In this document: in pieces, positions 22,510-34,489 of the stretch | Numbering within the stretch: position 1 is the stretch's first letter | How the letters are laid out: the number at the start of each line of letters is the position of its first letter | DNA from: Macrostomum lignano | Lineage: Eukaryota | Direction: 5' to 3' | Assembly: GCA_002269645.1 (NCBI GenBank) | Contig: NIVC01000083.1 | Coordinates: forward strand, 1 to 64,000 | Length of the DNA: 64,000 bases | The notes under the pieces: model-generated | The model's input: only the letters and a program-made list of their open reading frames with translations | What the model was told of the DNA's origin: nothing | Database searches by the model: none | Program-made: the position numbers and the translations under genes

Positions 22510-24743
22510 TGTGAAGCAGCGTATTCTCATAATACATTACATTAATAATCTAGACATATTGTCTACGCATTTCTGCACTTGCCCTCGCTATTGTAACAGC
22601 CCTATCAACTCCGTCTAATTTTCTGCTAGATATTTCGAAATTGTATCTAGGTGGAGGAGTGTGAGCTGTGATCTGGTAGCGTACTTTAGGGTGGGGATAG
22701 AGGTGACTTCCTCGCAATGCGGGTCGTACCTTGGCAGCGCTAATGTAGGTAGGCAAGACACTAGCTACGACTAATGGTGACGGGGGGGGGGGTATTTCTA
22801 CTGGCACGAGGGCTAAGGTTACCGATTTTAGTCACGCAGCCGTGGGGCGTATCAGGATGGATTGAAGTTGCCTGGTGAAAGCCCTGCTCTCTCTCTCTCT
22901 CTCTCTCTGTAGGAACGGGGATTAGCACGATTTCATAGGGAATTAGGAGACTTCAGGTGGATTCCTAAGCTTAAGGTGAGTTTCATGGGGCTTCAGGTGA
23001 GTTTCAGAGTAACTTCGGGTGGACTTCAGGTAGGGTTTACAGGGCGTTTGGGAGTTAAGGGAGGATTGTAGAAGCGAGTAAATTCGGGTGGCTAAGGCTG
23101 ATGGATGATTTCGCCGGGGAGTGGTGCAGGAATGTAAAGGGATTTGGCAGATCTTTCTAAACTGAGAAATAACAGAGCAACTCAGGTATTAATAGGTAGA
23201 TTGGACAAAACGTTCATTAAATCTGGTTAGGTAAAATGAGCCAAGAAAGGCTAGGCAAGGACATATTGCTGTCGGGGAAGGGAATGGTTGCTTTTCTCTC
23301 CACAAAGCTCTTTCTCTATAATAAAACATGGGGTGGGAGTCTGGCATGGTTGAATGATTCTGAGCGCGCGCAAGCGCAACGAACACCTAAAGTTGCGTGA
23401 ATGGATAACGATTGTAGAAAAAGCGTGTGGGAAGATTGTTCGCGCTAATTTGAATTCTAGTTTCATACTTTTTTTCAGAAGGAAACACTGCCTCACTATT
23501 TTATCGCATTTTCTTATTGGTGTTTTTACGAACAACAGTTTTAAACTTCACTTTAACTTCACTGTTCCACAAACAGGCAGGCAGGATATTGCTGCGGCTT
23601 TCGTTTCCAGTATTAGACAGGCTTGAAATTGAAATTCATGAAATGATCAATAATGTTTACAAAGGAAGCGTAGGTGAATAGACAATAAAAATTAACAAAG
23701 CTTAAAGTGCTGTTGAATTTAACATGAGGGTTTTTCGACCATATCTGACGCGGTCCGGAAAAAAACAAGGTAGACAAAGTAAAAATTGCATAGTACGTTT
23801 GTTTCTCAATAAAGTCAAATTTTTTCTCCTTGTTCATCAACCACCGCATCTTCCACTACTTGTGGATGGCGTTGAATACCCGGACGACTGCCTACTTGAC
23901 CTTGGAGTCGTTCTTGTAGGCAGTTTCTTCAAGTTCTTCATGTTGAGGAACAGCTAGAAGTCGTAGGGGGCAAGTCAGGACTGTAGGGTAGGTGGGGTAC
24001 CACCTCCACACTGAAGCTCCTTGGTTGGTCGCCTTTAAGGTATTGACCTGGGTATTCTCATGGCTAAGGCGAAAATTTTAGCTTCTTCTGTCAGCTATTT
24101 TGCTTACCTTTTTACACATTTTTCTCATTTCTAAGTACCATTTTCCAACGTTTTCCAATGCTGTTTAACATGTTCTGTTGTTCTGTGTTTGAGTTTGTCT
24201 CTGAGTTTGCCAAGCTAAATAAAGTTTAAAGTGTTAAAAGTTAAAGGAAAAACATTTTCATCTGCTATTTATCTATTATGTACTTACTTACATCACATGC
24301 CAATCTGCTCTTCGACTTAATTTACGCTAATTATTTGTGGTCTCACGCGTATGCGCAATTTGCAGTTTAGAATTCTGCAAGTTTACAGATCGTTTTGCGA
24401 AAAGCTACTGTACAATTTACAGTACTGTTCTGCTGGTATGTAAGCCATACAGAGTTCTGCCAGATTCCAAGCAGCGGCTGATTAAGACGAGCTGCCAGAG
24501 GTGGGTAAGGAAATCCAGTGAGCGCTTAATGCCCAGTAAACAGGCAGTTAAATACTGCAGTAAAATACTAAAATCAATGATAGCCGTAGAAGTGCAGTTT
24601 TACTGAAGTCGTCTTTGACTCGGATCACTGTCATGTTACACTGCAGAGACTATTCGACCAGAATAATTGATGTTGATTACCCCACGCTAACCCATGCACA
24701 AAAACCATGGATTAGCCGATGAAAACGGTACCTTAGCCAAGAA

Positions 24744-27700
24744 CAGTGTTGCCACTCTTGGCGTTTTTTAACACTGGCGTTTTTTGGCGTTTTGTGTTTT
24801 TATTTGCTGAATTCCTTTTTCTGGCGTTTTTTCAATGAATAATTATGACCCTAAAATTTTTACTGTATTTATTAGTAAAAAGACTAAAATAAACAGTAAT
24901 TTTAGCTCCATTCTTGAAAATATGACATTGTCTTATTGTTTCTCATCATTTATCTTTTTTCATACAATTTAAACACATTTATAACATTTTATTTTGTTTT
25001 TATTTTGCATTCCAGTGATTAACTGATTCACAAATAGCTCAGCAAAGACAAAAAGTGACTCTGCAGGCATGAGCACGAACATTGAGTCAACTGACTCTAA
25101 ACGCATTCGGCAGACCAACTTTGATCCTAGTTGGATTACCACTTTGAATGCCGAGAAATGGCTAACAAAGGGCAACTCTGACACTGACGGATATTGCAAT
25201 GTGTGCGATCGACCAATTTTTGTTGGAAGTGGAGGCATTGGTGCAATCAAGCAGCACATGAAAGCCAAAATTCACGAGTCGAATGCTGCTGCAGCACTTC
25301 AGCAGAAATCAATCTCAGCTTTCTTCACAAAGCATAGTGCTTCATCTGCTAATGATAACAAATCGGCGCAAAATACCTTAGCTGAAATTCGCTGGGTATG
25401 GAACTCTGCGTATAAGTCGAAAAGCTTCAACACTGAAGACGAAACGCCTGATTTATTTAGAGCCATGTTTCCAGACTCAAAAATTGCAGCAGGCTTTTCT
25501 TGTGGCCGCACCAAGCAAGCCTACTTGCTGACTTTTGCTATTGTCCCCTATGTAAAGCAGCAAATAACAGAGTCAATTGTGGGCGCAGAAGCCATGGAGG
25601 TGGAGTCATCATTTGGCTTCTATTCAATCAGTTATGATGAGAGTGATGGTCTCATGATGATTTGCGTGCGGTATTTGAACTCTGAGGGCAAAGTCGTGGT
25701 TGAAATGCTTGACCAACTTCCACTGGAACGTCTCGATGCTGCTTCATGTGCTCAGGCTATTCGCCAGTGTGTAATGGACAGCAAGCTGCCGTTGTCTAAG
25801 TGGATTGGCAATTTTTCAGATGGGTGTAGCGTAATGATTGGTGAACATGCCGGAGTTGGTGCCATCCTACGTGAAACTCCTGAGCTTGAGCATCTCATTG
25901 ATGTAGGAAGCTGCACTCTCCACACTGTTGCAAACGCATATCGCAAAGCTTGTGACAACCATCTTTCGGAAGTTTCCGATCTTGCCGACGACATTTTTGC
26001 TTGTTTCAGCAGAAGCATCACTCGCAGAAAAGAGTTTAAGGCTCTCCAACAAGAAATTGGCGTTGCACAACTTGCTTTCAAGCGGAATGTCGAGTTAAGA
26101 TGGCTAATTCTATTGCCCTGTTTGGCGCGAATAATCGAACAGTGGATTCCTCTGACAGCTTTTCTTTCGCAGTCCACAGACGATTCGAAGCGCATGCGAA
26201 GACTCCGATCTGCCTTTCAAGACCCAGACACCATAGTTTGCGTACGCTTTGCGATCCACGCCCTGAAGCTTGCTAGCCGCTTTGAGAGCGCATTTCAAGA
26301 AAGCTGCACAGTTCTTATTCATCGATCGCATGCTGAGCTGATCGCCCTTCTGGAGTCGATAGCTATTCAGTTTATGCAGCCATCTGCCTTCGAGAGAAAA
26401 TCTGTTGTCTCCGTTGACTTCAAAAACCAAAGCCTGCACTTGCCTATGTCTAGTATTGCCATTGGGCAGCAAAACAATCTGCAAGATCGGCAGAAGCCAC
26501 TCATTTATCGCTTTAAACAATTTTACATTGCGGTGGCAGCATACTTGCAGGAAAAGCTGCCCCTGAAGAAGAAAATTCTGCGAAGTATGAAGTTCCTTGA
26601 CTTCTCAAGGGAAATTGAGGAAGATTCTGTGACTTTTATCGCCAAAAAGCTTCCTCTGAGGTCAGGCTACTGAATCTGCGAACCAAAAGTGGTGAGCTCC
26701 TCTTGCCTGACAATCGTGACATCGCCTGCGGTTGGAGGAAGGCTGCAGATACAGGAAAGTACCCGCGTCTTTCTCGTCTTGCATCTGCGTGCTGTACTCT
26801 ATTTCACGGGAACGCAGATGCGGAGCGGTTTATTGGAAAGTCGCATGATGTTAGCGTTAATTCAAAGCGAAATCGGCTCTCGGACGAAAGACTTCGCGAC
26901 TCACTCTTGGCACGCAGCTTTCTGTGCGCTCGGAGCTTCAAGCCGAAAAATGTGCCAATTCCCGAGGAGCTCATCCAGGCCGCTTTAAAGGCAAGCTCAC
27001 AATACAAGCAGCATATGGCTGCCGAAAAGAAGGCAAATGAGCTGGCGGCTATTCGTAAATCAGCTGAGGCGGAACAGGAGAAAATGCGACTAGAAGCTGA
27101 AAAGGTAATAATTAAGTGAGCTAACTTCTAAGATTTGCAGTAATCCCTTTTATTTATTATTTCTCCCTACAAAACTACAGGATGCCGAACGAAAAACTGC
27201 ATTGGAGCGCCTTGCTGAAGAACAAAAAAACAGGTCGCTAAAAAGGCTGCAACAGCTGCAGAGTGCCTTGAGGCTGAAAGAGAAGTTCAGCTAGCGATTG
27301 AGAGGTTGCGCAAGGCGCAAGGAAAAGACCAGGACGTTGCTGTGCGCCTGACACAATTTGCATCGGATCGGCTGGTAATCGAACAGCGTGCCATGGACAA
27401 TGTCATCCAACGCACAGCCGAGGAAGCTGCCAGATTGAAACGACAGGCGGAGCATGCTTCGCTTGTTCGTCTCCCGAATGTTCCGAAAAAGAAAAAAATT
27501 GACTACTCACTACGCTCATACTATGACTGCTACACTATTGAACATTGAACATTGAAAAGGAGTTGTCATTCCAATTGTTATTCAGTCTCTTTACTGGTTA
27601 ATTATCACTTTGGTATTTTTAGGTGGGGTTGGTCTTCAACTGTTATCGTTGTTGTTAATCATTGGTGTTACAATATATTAGTAATATCTACGATGAAAAT

Positions 27701-27760
27701 GCCCTGTGTTATTTTTTTCTGTCAGCGTTTTTTTTGTCACAATGCTCAGTGGCAACACTG
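24744..27760 (+). mobile_element. hAT DNA transposon, 3017 bp
   Basis: 13-bp TIRs CAGTGTTGCCACT; perfect 8-bp TSD GCCAAGAA at 24736-24743 and 27761-27768. Confidence 0.96.
25069..27548 (+). pseudogene. hAT transposase with two lesions (frame break ~26665; probable missing A in the A-run at ~27222-27228), intron 27108-27180
   Basis: C2H2 finger YCNVC..GAIKQH..KIH, FPDS.IA..FSCGRTK, SISYDES, SDGCSVM, ELRWL, and the dimerisation motif YPRL...HGNADAER. Intron AAG|GTAATA...ctacAG|GAT; C-terminal coiled coil and PKKKK. Confidence 0.88.
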
Positions 27761-29055
27761 GCCAAGAAGCGTCTCACTCTGGCACTTGCGCCGCCCCAGA
27801 GTCGTTGCAGATGACACAGGTAAATTAGGAAAGAAGTGACTCTATTAGACGACTTTAAAACGATGAGAAGTCACGGTAAAAGTCGCCAAAAGTCGTCAAA
27901 AAGTCGCCTAACAGTGAATTTAAGGTGTTTTATTGCCTGGCGACTCTGAAACCACTCTGAGGCGGTGAAGTCGTATCTGAGGCGTGCCAGAGTAGCTACA
28001 GAGTCACTGGGTTGTGTTTGAAGCGCAGTTGATGAATCAGTCATATATCTAGCAAAAGTTAAGCGCTAGCACAACCATTCCTGGTCGTTCTTTCGGGACT
28101 CGTATATGATTTCTAGCTCGTAAAACTCACGTGACGCGCTCATGACAAAACTGTCGCATTAGACGCGTTGGAGTTGTTAAAAAGTTGCATGTACACATGT
28201 ACACTCTCTGTGCCCTCAAAAGAGGTACCTAGGCCAAGAAGCGTCCCAGAGTAGCTTTGAAGCGTTTTGTCTGCGACTCTGAAACGACTCTGGGGCGCCG
28301 CAAGTGATTCTGGCGCGACTCTAGTGACTCTGGGGCAACGGTGTAACGATTATGGGGCCGTAAGATCGTATTTGAGCGAGGCGTTCTAGAGTCGCATTAG
28401 AGCCACATTTCCGGCGTTTCAGCGGCGTTCTGCAGTCGCAAAAAGTCGCAGAAGGAGCGCTTTTGCGTCACTGTACAATTGTTAGTGCGTCACTTCTGAG
28501 GCGTTCTGGACGCGTTACAGAGTCCTTACTATCGGCCTTAAACAGACTGCTGGATCGACATTTCTGGGCGAATAGAAAATGCATGGTCATCGACTCAAAA
28601 GTGATGCACTAACGATTTTACAGTGACGCTAAAGCGCCTCTTCTGCGAACTTTTTGGCGACTTGTACTGGGACATCTCGTCGTTTTTAAGAGTCGTTTAG
28701 AATCACTTCTTTCTAATTTGACCTGTGTCATCTGCAACGCGTCTGAAACGACTCTATTGGACTTTTCATTGGGTAATGAACACTCAGTTTTAGCCTACTG
28801 AACTTTAATTGCACTCTAACTAGCCTACTAAGTTAGTAGAAAGTTAAACGCCAGCATCCTTGGACGGCTTTTTCGCGACTCTGGCCATTCTAAAACTCAT
28901 GTGACGCGATTGAGTTGTTAAAAAGTCACAAGAGTCGCCCGACTTACAAGAGTCACTAGTGAGCTGTTTGAAATGACTCTTAGCGACTCTTGTCACGGTA
29001 TCGTTTTCAACGGGCTGATGGGTGTAAACAAGACAATAGCCATCGAAACACGAAC

Positions 29056-29467
29056 CTCAGCCAGGCTAGCTGTCTCGTCAACTCCGCGCAGGAAATCAGT
29101 CTGGCCAAACTCAGGATACAGCAGCAGCACAGGATAGCGCAGCACGCCGTTGCCATCGGCGTCGCCAGCCGCGAACTCCACTTTGGCATCGTCGGGCATC
29201 TCCAGCCGCCCGGTGCCCGGCCGGATTTGGACGCCTCGGCGAGCGAGGGCGGCCGCCACGCCGGCAAGTTGGCGCTCGGCGCGCCTGCCAACGGCGGCTT
29301 CGCGGCGCGCTTTGGCGGCGCTGGCCTCGGCGACGGCGCGGGCCTGGCTGGAGAGGCGCAGAAGCTCCGGGTCGGCGACCCACCGGCTGAGGGCTTCGTC
29401 GCACCAGGCGGCGCAGTCGGCGTGGCGTTCCAACGACAGTAGGGCTCGGGCGCCGCGCTCGTGAGCT
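29056..29467 (-). CDS. TTC4: TTC4 exon (end of TPR, helix, start of wheel domain)
   Basis: Acceptor ctatccAG|A (phase 2, matches donor at 31183), donor GAG|GTTCGT. AHERGARALL..RHADCAAWCDEAL and LRYPVLLLYPEFGQTDF resemble TTC4 WPVLFLYPEYAQSDF. Confidence 0.9.
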
Positions 29468-29469
29468 CT

Positions 29470-31120
29470 GGATAGATGCGGGATGGATTGTTGATAGATG
29501 CGGGATGGATTGTTGATAGATGCGGGATGGATTGTTGATAGATGCGGGATAGATTGTTGATAGATGCGGGATACATTGTTGATATATGCGGGATAGATGG
29601 GGTATAGATTGTTGATAGATTATAGATATAGATTGTTGATAGATGGTCGATAGATTGTTGATAGATGCGGGATAGATTGTTGATAGATGCGGGATATATT
29701 GTTGATAGATGCGGGATGGATTGTTGATAGATGCGGGATGGATTGTTGATAGATGCGGGATAGATTGTTGATAGATGCGGGATGGATTGTTGATAGATGC
29801 GGGATGGATTGTTGATAGATGCGGGATGGATTGTTGATAGATGCGGGGTGGATTGTTGATAGATGCGGGATGGATTGTTGATAGATGCGGGATGGATTGT
29901 TGATAGATGCGGGATGGATTGTTGATAGATGCGGGATGGATTGTTGATAGATGCGGGATGGATTGTTGATAGATGCGGGATGGATTGTTGATAGATGCGG
30001 GATGGATTGTTGAAGATGCGGGATGGATTGTTGATAGATGCGGGGTGGATTGTTGAAGATGCGGGGTGGATTGTTAATAGATGCGGGATGGATTGTTGAT
30101 AGATGCGGGATGGATTGTTGATAGATGCGGGATGGATTGTTGATAGATGCGGGATAGATTGTTGATAGATGCGGGATGGATTGTTGATAGATGCGGGATG
30201 GATTGTTGATAGATGCGGGATGGATTGTTGATAGATGCGGGGTGGATTGTTGATAGATGCGGGATGGATTGTTGATAGATGCGGGATGGATTGTTGATAG
30301 ATGCGGGATGGATTGTTGATAGATGCGGGATGGATTGTTGATAGATGCGGGATGGATTGTTGATAGATGCGGGATAGATTGTTGATAGATGCGGGATACA
30401 TTGTTGATATATGCGGGATAGATGGGGTATAGATTGTTGATAGATTATAGATATAGATTGTTGATAGATGGTCGATAGATTGTTGATAGATGCGGGATGG
30501 ATTGTTGAAGATGCGGGATGGATTGTTGATAGATGCGGGGTGGATTGTTGAAGATGCGGGATGGATTGTTAATAGATGCGGGATGGATTGTTGATAGATG
30601 CGGGATGGATTGTTGATAGATGCGGGATGGATTGTTGATAGATGCGGGATGGATTGTTGATAGATGCGGGATGGATTGTTGATAGATGCGGGATGGATTG
30701 TTGATAGATGCGGGATGGATTGTTGATAGATTGTAGATATAGACTATTGATAGATGGTCGATAGATTGTTGATAGATGCGGGATAGATAGGGGATAGATT
30801 GTCGATAGATTATAGATATAGATTGTTGATAGATGGTCGATAGATTGTTAATAGATTCAGGATACATTGTTGATATATGAAGGATAGATTGTTGATAGAT
30901 GTGGGATACATTGTTGATATATGCGGGATAGATGGGGTATAGATTGTTGATAGATTATAGATATAGATTGTTAATGGATGGTCGATAGATTGTTGATAGA
31001 TGCGGGATGGATTGTTGATAGATGCGGGATGGATTGTTGATAGATTGTAGATATAGACTATTGATAGATGGTCGATAGATTGTTGATAGATGCGGGATAG
31101 ATTGTTGATAGATGCGGAAT
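29470..31120. repeat. Minisatellite, 22-bp unit GATTGTTGATAGATGCGGGATG, filling a TTC4 intron
   Basis: Tandem units run right up to the acceptor AG at 29469-29468. Confidence 0.96.
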
Positions 31121-31183
31121 AGATAGAGTGAACATATCATAGACTTAGCAGAACAGAACATAAATAGAAAATCAGTTTCTCAC

Positions 31184-31409
31184 CGGTAATGATCAGGCTT
31201 AAGCTGCTTCGCCTTGGCGCAATCTTTATAACAGCTACCATAATTCTTCAGATGGAAGTCGGCGGCAGCCCTGTTGGTGTACAAGACTGCCAACATTTCG
31301 GAATCTTTGCAGCCAGATTTCAGGCCTTCAGTGTAGTTCTCTTTGGCCGATTGAAATTCTCGACGCTTGAAATGATAATTGCCCTCCTCTTTGTAGCTGC
31401 GAGCGGATT
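31184..31409 (-). CDS. TTC4: TTC4 exon (TPR repeats)
   Basis: Branch-like CTGAC and acceptor cattgcAG|AA, donor TAC CG|GTGAGA; ARSYKEEGNYHFK...YTEGLK...LYTNRAAA.FHLKNYGSC.KDC. Confidence 0.93.
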
Positions 31410-31621
31410 CTGCAATGCGCAAGTTTATGTCAGCTTTGGTAAATTTGATGACCGTGGCAATTATTGACCCGTTTGTCAAATATTATGGCACCAACCAACC
31501 CCAAAAGCACAGTGTGTGCATAAACAATATGTGCTCTCTACCCCTTTGTCATTTTTCCTTTGTTCTGCCTTTCTTTCTCTGTTTTACTAGAAAACTACTA
31601 GAAAAAAAATAAAATTCTTAC

Positions 31622-31730
31622 CATCTGGATCCTCAGATTCAAATTTTAATGCTTGCAAAGCTTCAATATCAACAGGTAGAGGCTTTGAAGGATCAATCTC
31701 TTGGATGAAAGCGGCGGATTCTTCTAATGG
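31622..31730 (-). CDS. TTC4: Most 5' TTC4 exon found (PLEESAAFIQEIDPSKPLPVDIEALQALKFESEDPD), phase 0, no ATG
   Basis: Missed by the ORF track. Acceptor ctgatttttAG|CCA, donor GAT G|GTAAGA; EALQALKF matches TTC4/Cns1 EALKALAY / EGLQKLKY. Confidence 0.85.
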
Positions 31731-32115
31731 CTAAAAATCAGTTTCAAATCTTTATAAAAATAAGACAATATTGATAAACAATATTTCTAATATAAGTCAG
31801 AAGACACAAATAGTAGAAAGTCAAGAAATAGTTGAACGTATGTCAAGGGAACTAGAATTAGACCATAAGAAAAAATTGTAGAAAATAGTTTTTATAAGCC
31901 TTGCTTTATATGCTATTTAAGTAACTTTTAAATAAACCTTTTTATAAAAGGCTTGTTATTTATTATCTTTTTTCATCATATTTATTAGTTAAACCTTCAT
32001 TAACAATATATTCAAACCTAGAAAATAGATGCTTTATAATATAACTAAAGATATATATTTATCCTATAGTTACAACTCTTGAAATGAATATTAAATCTTA
32101 TTCTATAGAATATAT

Positions 32116-34489
32116 TGATGTAACCACGCTCTGGTCGCGGGATCGTGAGGGAATTTTTTTGAAGCATCCCCGATCCCTGTGCACCTACTGGGCAGAGCTG
32201 TCGAGACTGGGCCGGGTCCCTGACCAGGCTGACTGACTCCCGCTCTGTTGCGCCCCTGCTGTCTCTGTTCCGTCTCCCACTCAGCCACACTTGCCTTTCC
32301 GGAGCCCTACGTGCCCCTCGCCCGCCTCCCCACTTCTCATGCGCTCCTCCCCTTTTCTCATGTACTTCTCATGTTTTTCTCACCTTTTCTCCTCCTGTTT
32401 TAGCATGTTTTTCTTGCACTGTCCCCTTCTCATCCCGTGCTTAATTACAGTACTTCTTGTGCTCACCGTCGCCCCATCTCCTTTTAGAATCCCAAGCGGT
32501 GACGCAAGCCTTCTGACCCCTCCTTCACCCGATGACTCATCACGCCCTCTTGCGCAACCGTTTCTCATGCTATTGTTCTCTTCTCAAGATTTTTCATACG
32601 ACACCCACCCCGCCTCCGCTTCTATTGTTCTCGTTTTTGATTCTTTTGTTCTCGTTTTCGCACCTAATCATCACATTTTCCCAGATTTTCTCTTTTCTAT
32701 TGTTCTGTTTTCCCCAATTATCCCGGATTTCCATTACCTTTGTTCTCGGCCTGCGCCTCATTGTTCTCAATGTTTGCTTGCGCAACACTTCTTCGACATC
32801 CTGCTGCGCCAATTATCCTCCCACTCCACCTCCGGATTGCGTAATTTCCCCATTTCTTATGTTGCTATGGCGTTCTCATGCTTCTTATCATGACTCATTC
32901 TGACGTCATTTCTCCGGCAGCCAATCAGAGAGAGAGAGAGTCATGGAAACGACCTCGGAGCGGCGGCTGGGAAGGCTATTTAAGGGAGCGGTTTTCGGCG
33001 TGAGAACCCTCAGACGCTTCGACTATACGCACTTGTTCCGAAGTGGTGCTTCTTTGGACTTGCTGTCAGACGTTGATCTGACCCAATCGTCTATAGAACG
33101 AACCTCTGCCGGTCCGCGGTCTGATACCGCCAAGTTCCTTTAGCTCCCCAAGCGAGCTCATCCGCCGGGCCGCGGTCTGATACCGCCCAGCATCCTCAGC
33201 CTGAGCTAGATCAGCGCCTCGTCGCTTCAGCGCATCGCTGCTTCACGTCCTGCCTGTCCACAGTCAACAGCCGTCCTCGGTCACTCCGTCGCTCTCTCTC
33301 TCTCTCTGTGCTGCTGGTAAATTCCTGTACTGATTTGTGCTCCAATTGCCTTTGCTTATCCGGGGTTTGCTTATTTCCCATTGCTTGATGAGAGAGCTGA
33401 GCCAATTGTGTTATTGTATCTTTGCTGTATTTTACTTAATAGTGAAGCCGCCTAATTGCCTGTTTATTATGCCTAAGGGCCTAATTATTAACAATTACTT
33501 AACTCCTCATTATTCACACTTTCACCATCATTTCATTCATGGCTTACTAAGCCTTTCTCCCTGGGTGGCAAAGCATAAGGAAGTTTGGGTAAGCTGATGG
33601 CCTCTCCCCGTGCAAAGCCCGCCTGTGTGTGCGTGCTGCGGGTTCGTGTGTGGGAAACAACAACAATAACAAAGTATGCTGTCTGGCGCCAGTATCCGGG
33701 GCGCCAGCATCGGCCAGCAGGCAGTCGACGAAACGCCGAGTTTGGGCCTTGCCGCGCCGGTAGGGTGCCTGCAGCGCTAGCAGCAGCACCTCCTGCACCG
33801 GCTGCGGCCTGCGGGCAGTCCGACTCGGCGCGGATGATGTGGCCTGCCAGCTGGAGTCGCCGAAGTCGCAGCAGTTCACTTGGACGAAGTAGAGGGAGCA
33901 GTAGAGGGAAGTAGCGGGTCTCGGCGCAGAATGGCAGCAGAAAGGTTGCAACCCATGCTTACGCGTCCCTTCGCCCTGAGCAATCTAAACTATAGCTAGT
34001 ACATGTTCGCCTCACACTACTCTCAGTAATTGAAACCGCAAGTCCGCCTCGTTCACAGCCAAAAAGGATCCCCTGCTGAGAAATCCTCCAGATTGAGCCC
34101 AGAGTTCCCGATCATGCCCCAAGCCGAGTCCCTGTACTCGGCTGCATGCGTCTCCCCTGTTAGCCTAAATCCCCTGGTAACCAATCCAGGCGGGGCTCTA
34201 GCCTCGAGAGGTCTGGTAGTGAGATCTAGGTGCGCCAGGTCAAATAGAGTGGTGGCAACCGAGTGACCAACTATTGCACCTTGGCTACAGGTGGGGTCCA
34301 TGTGGGTACTTGGCCCTCTGGTCACGAAAGCGCTATCAAAGCTATAAATCATGTGGATGGGACAGTCTGGTGCTGCAGGTATGTCAGGTCATTGCCCAGT
34401 CATAGGCAGCCTACAGTCATTGACCCCCCCCCTATGGTCATACGTTCACCTCCCCGCAGAGTGGATGGACACCAAGGGCAGTTACATCA
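32116..34489 (+). mobile_element. Large solo LTR, 2374 bp (Ty3/gypsy-type termini), copy 1
   Basis: TGATGTAAC...GTTACATCA, 4-bp TSD ATAT (32112-15 and 34490-93), TATA-like GCTATTTAAGG near 32976; homologous along its length to 43192-45408 in reverse orientation. Confidence 0.88.

Larger units (their letters stand above)
24709..29022. mobile_element. Non-autonomous TIR element with CGACTCT/AGAGTCG subterminal arrays, host of the hAT insertion
   Basis: ATTAGCCGATGAAAACGGTACC (24711-24732) matches the reverse complement of 28997-29022. Internal ~100-bp inverted repeats at ~27800-27900 and ~28640-28745; sequence resumes after the hAT TSD. Confidence 0.6.

Noticed and set aside
16638-22847. CCCACGG / CCGTGGG as the termini of the EnSpm element
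   Set aside because: Only a 7-bp match and no target-site duplication; element boundaries left undefined.
34030-34352. ORFs shared by the two large LTR copies (also 43405-43665)
   Set aside because: Differences between copies are mostly non-synonymous and the frames break at different places, so similarity reflects LTR homology rather than coding constraint.
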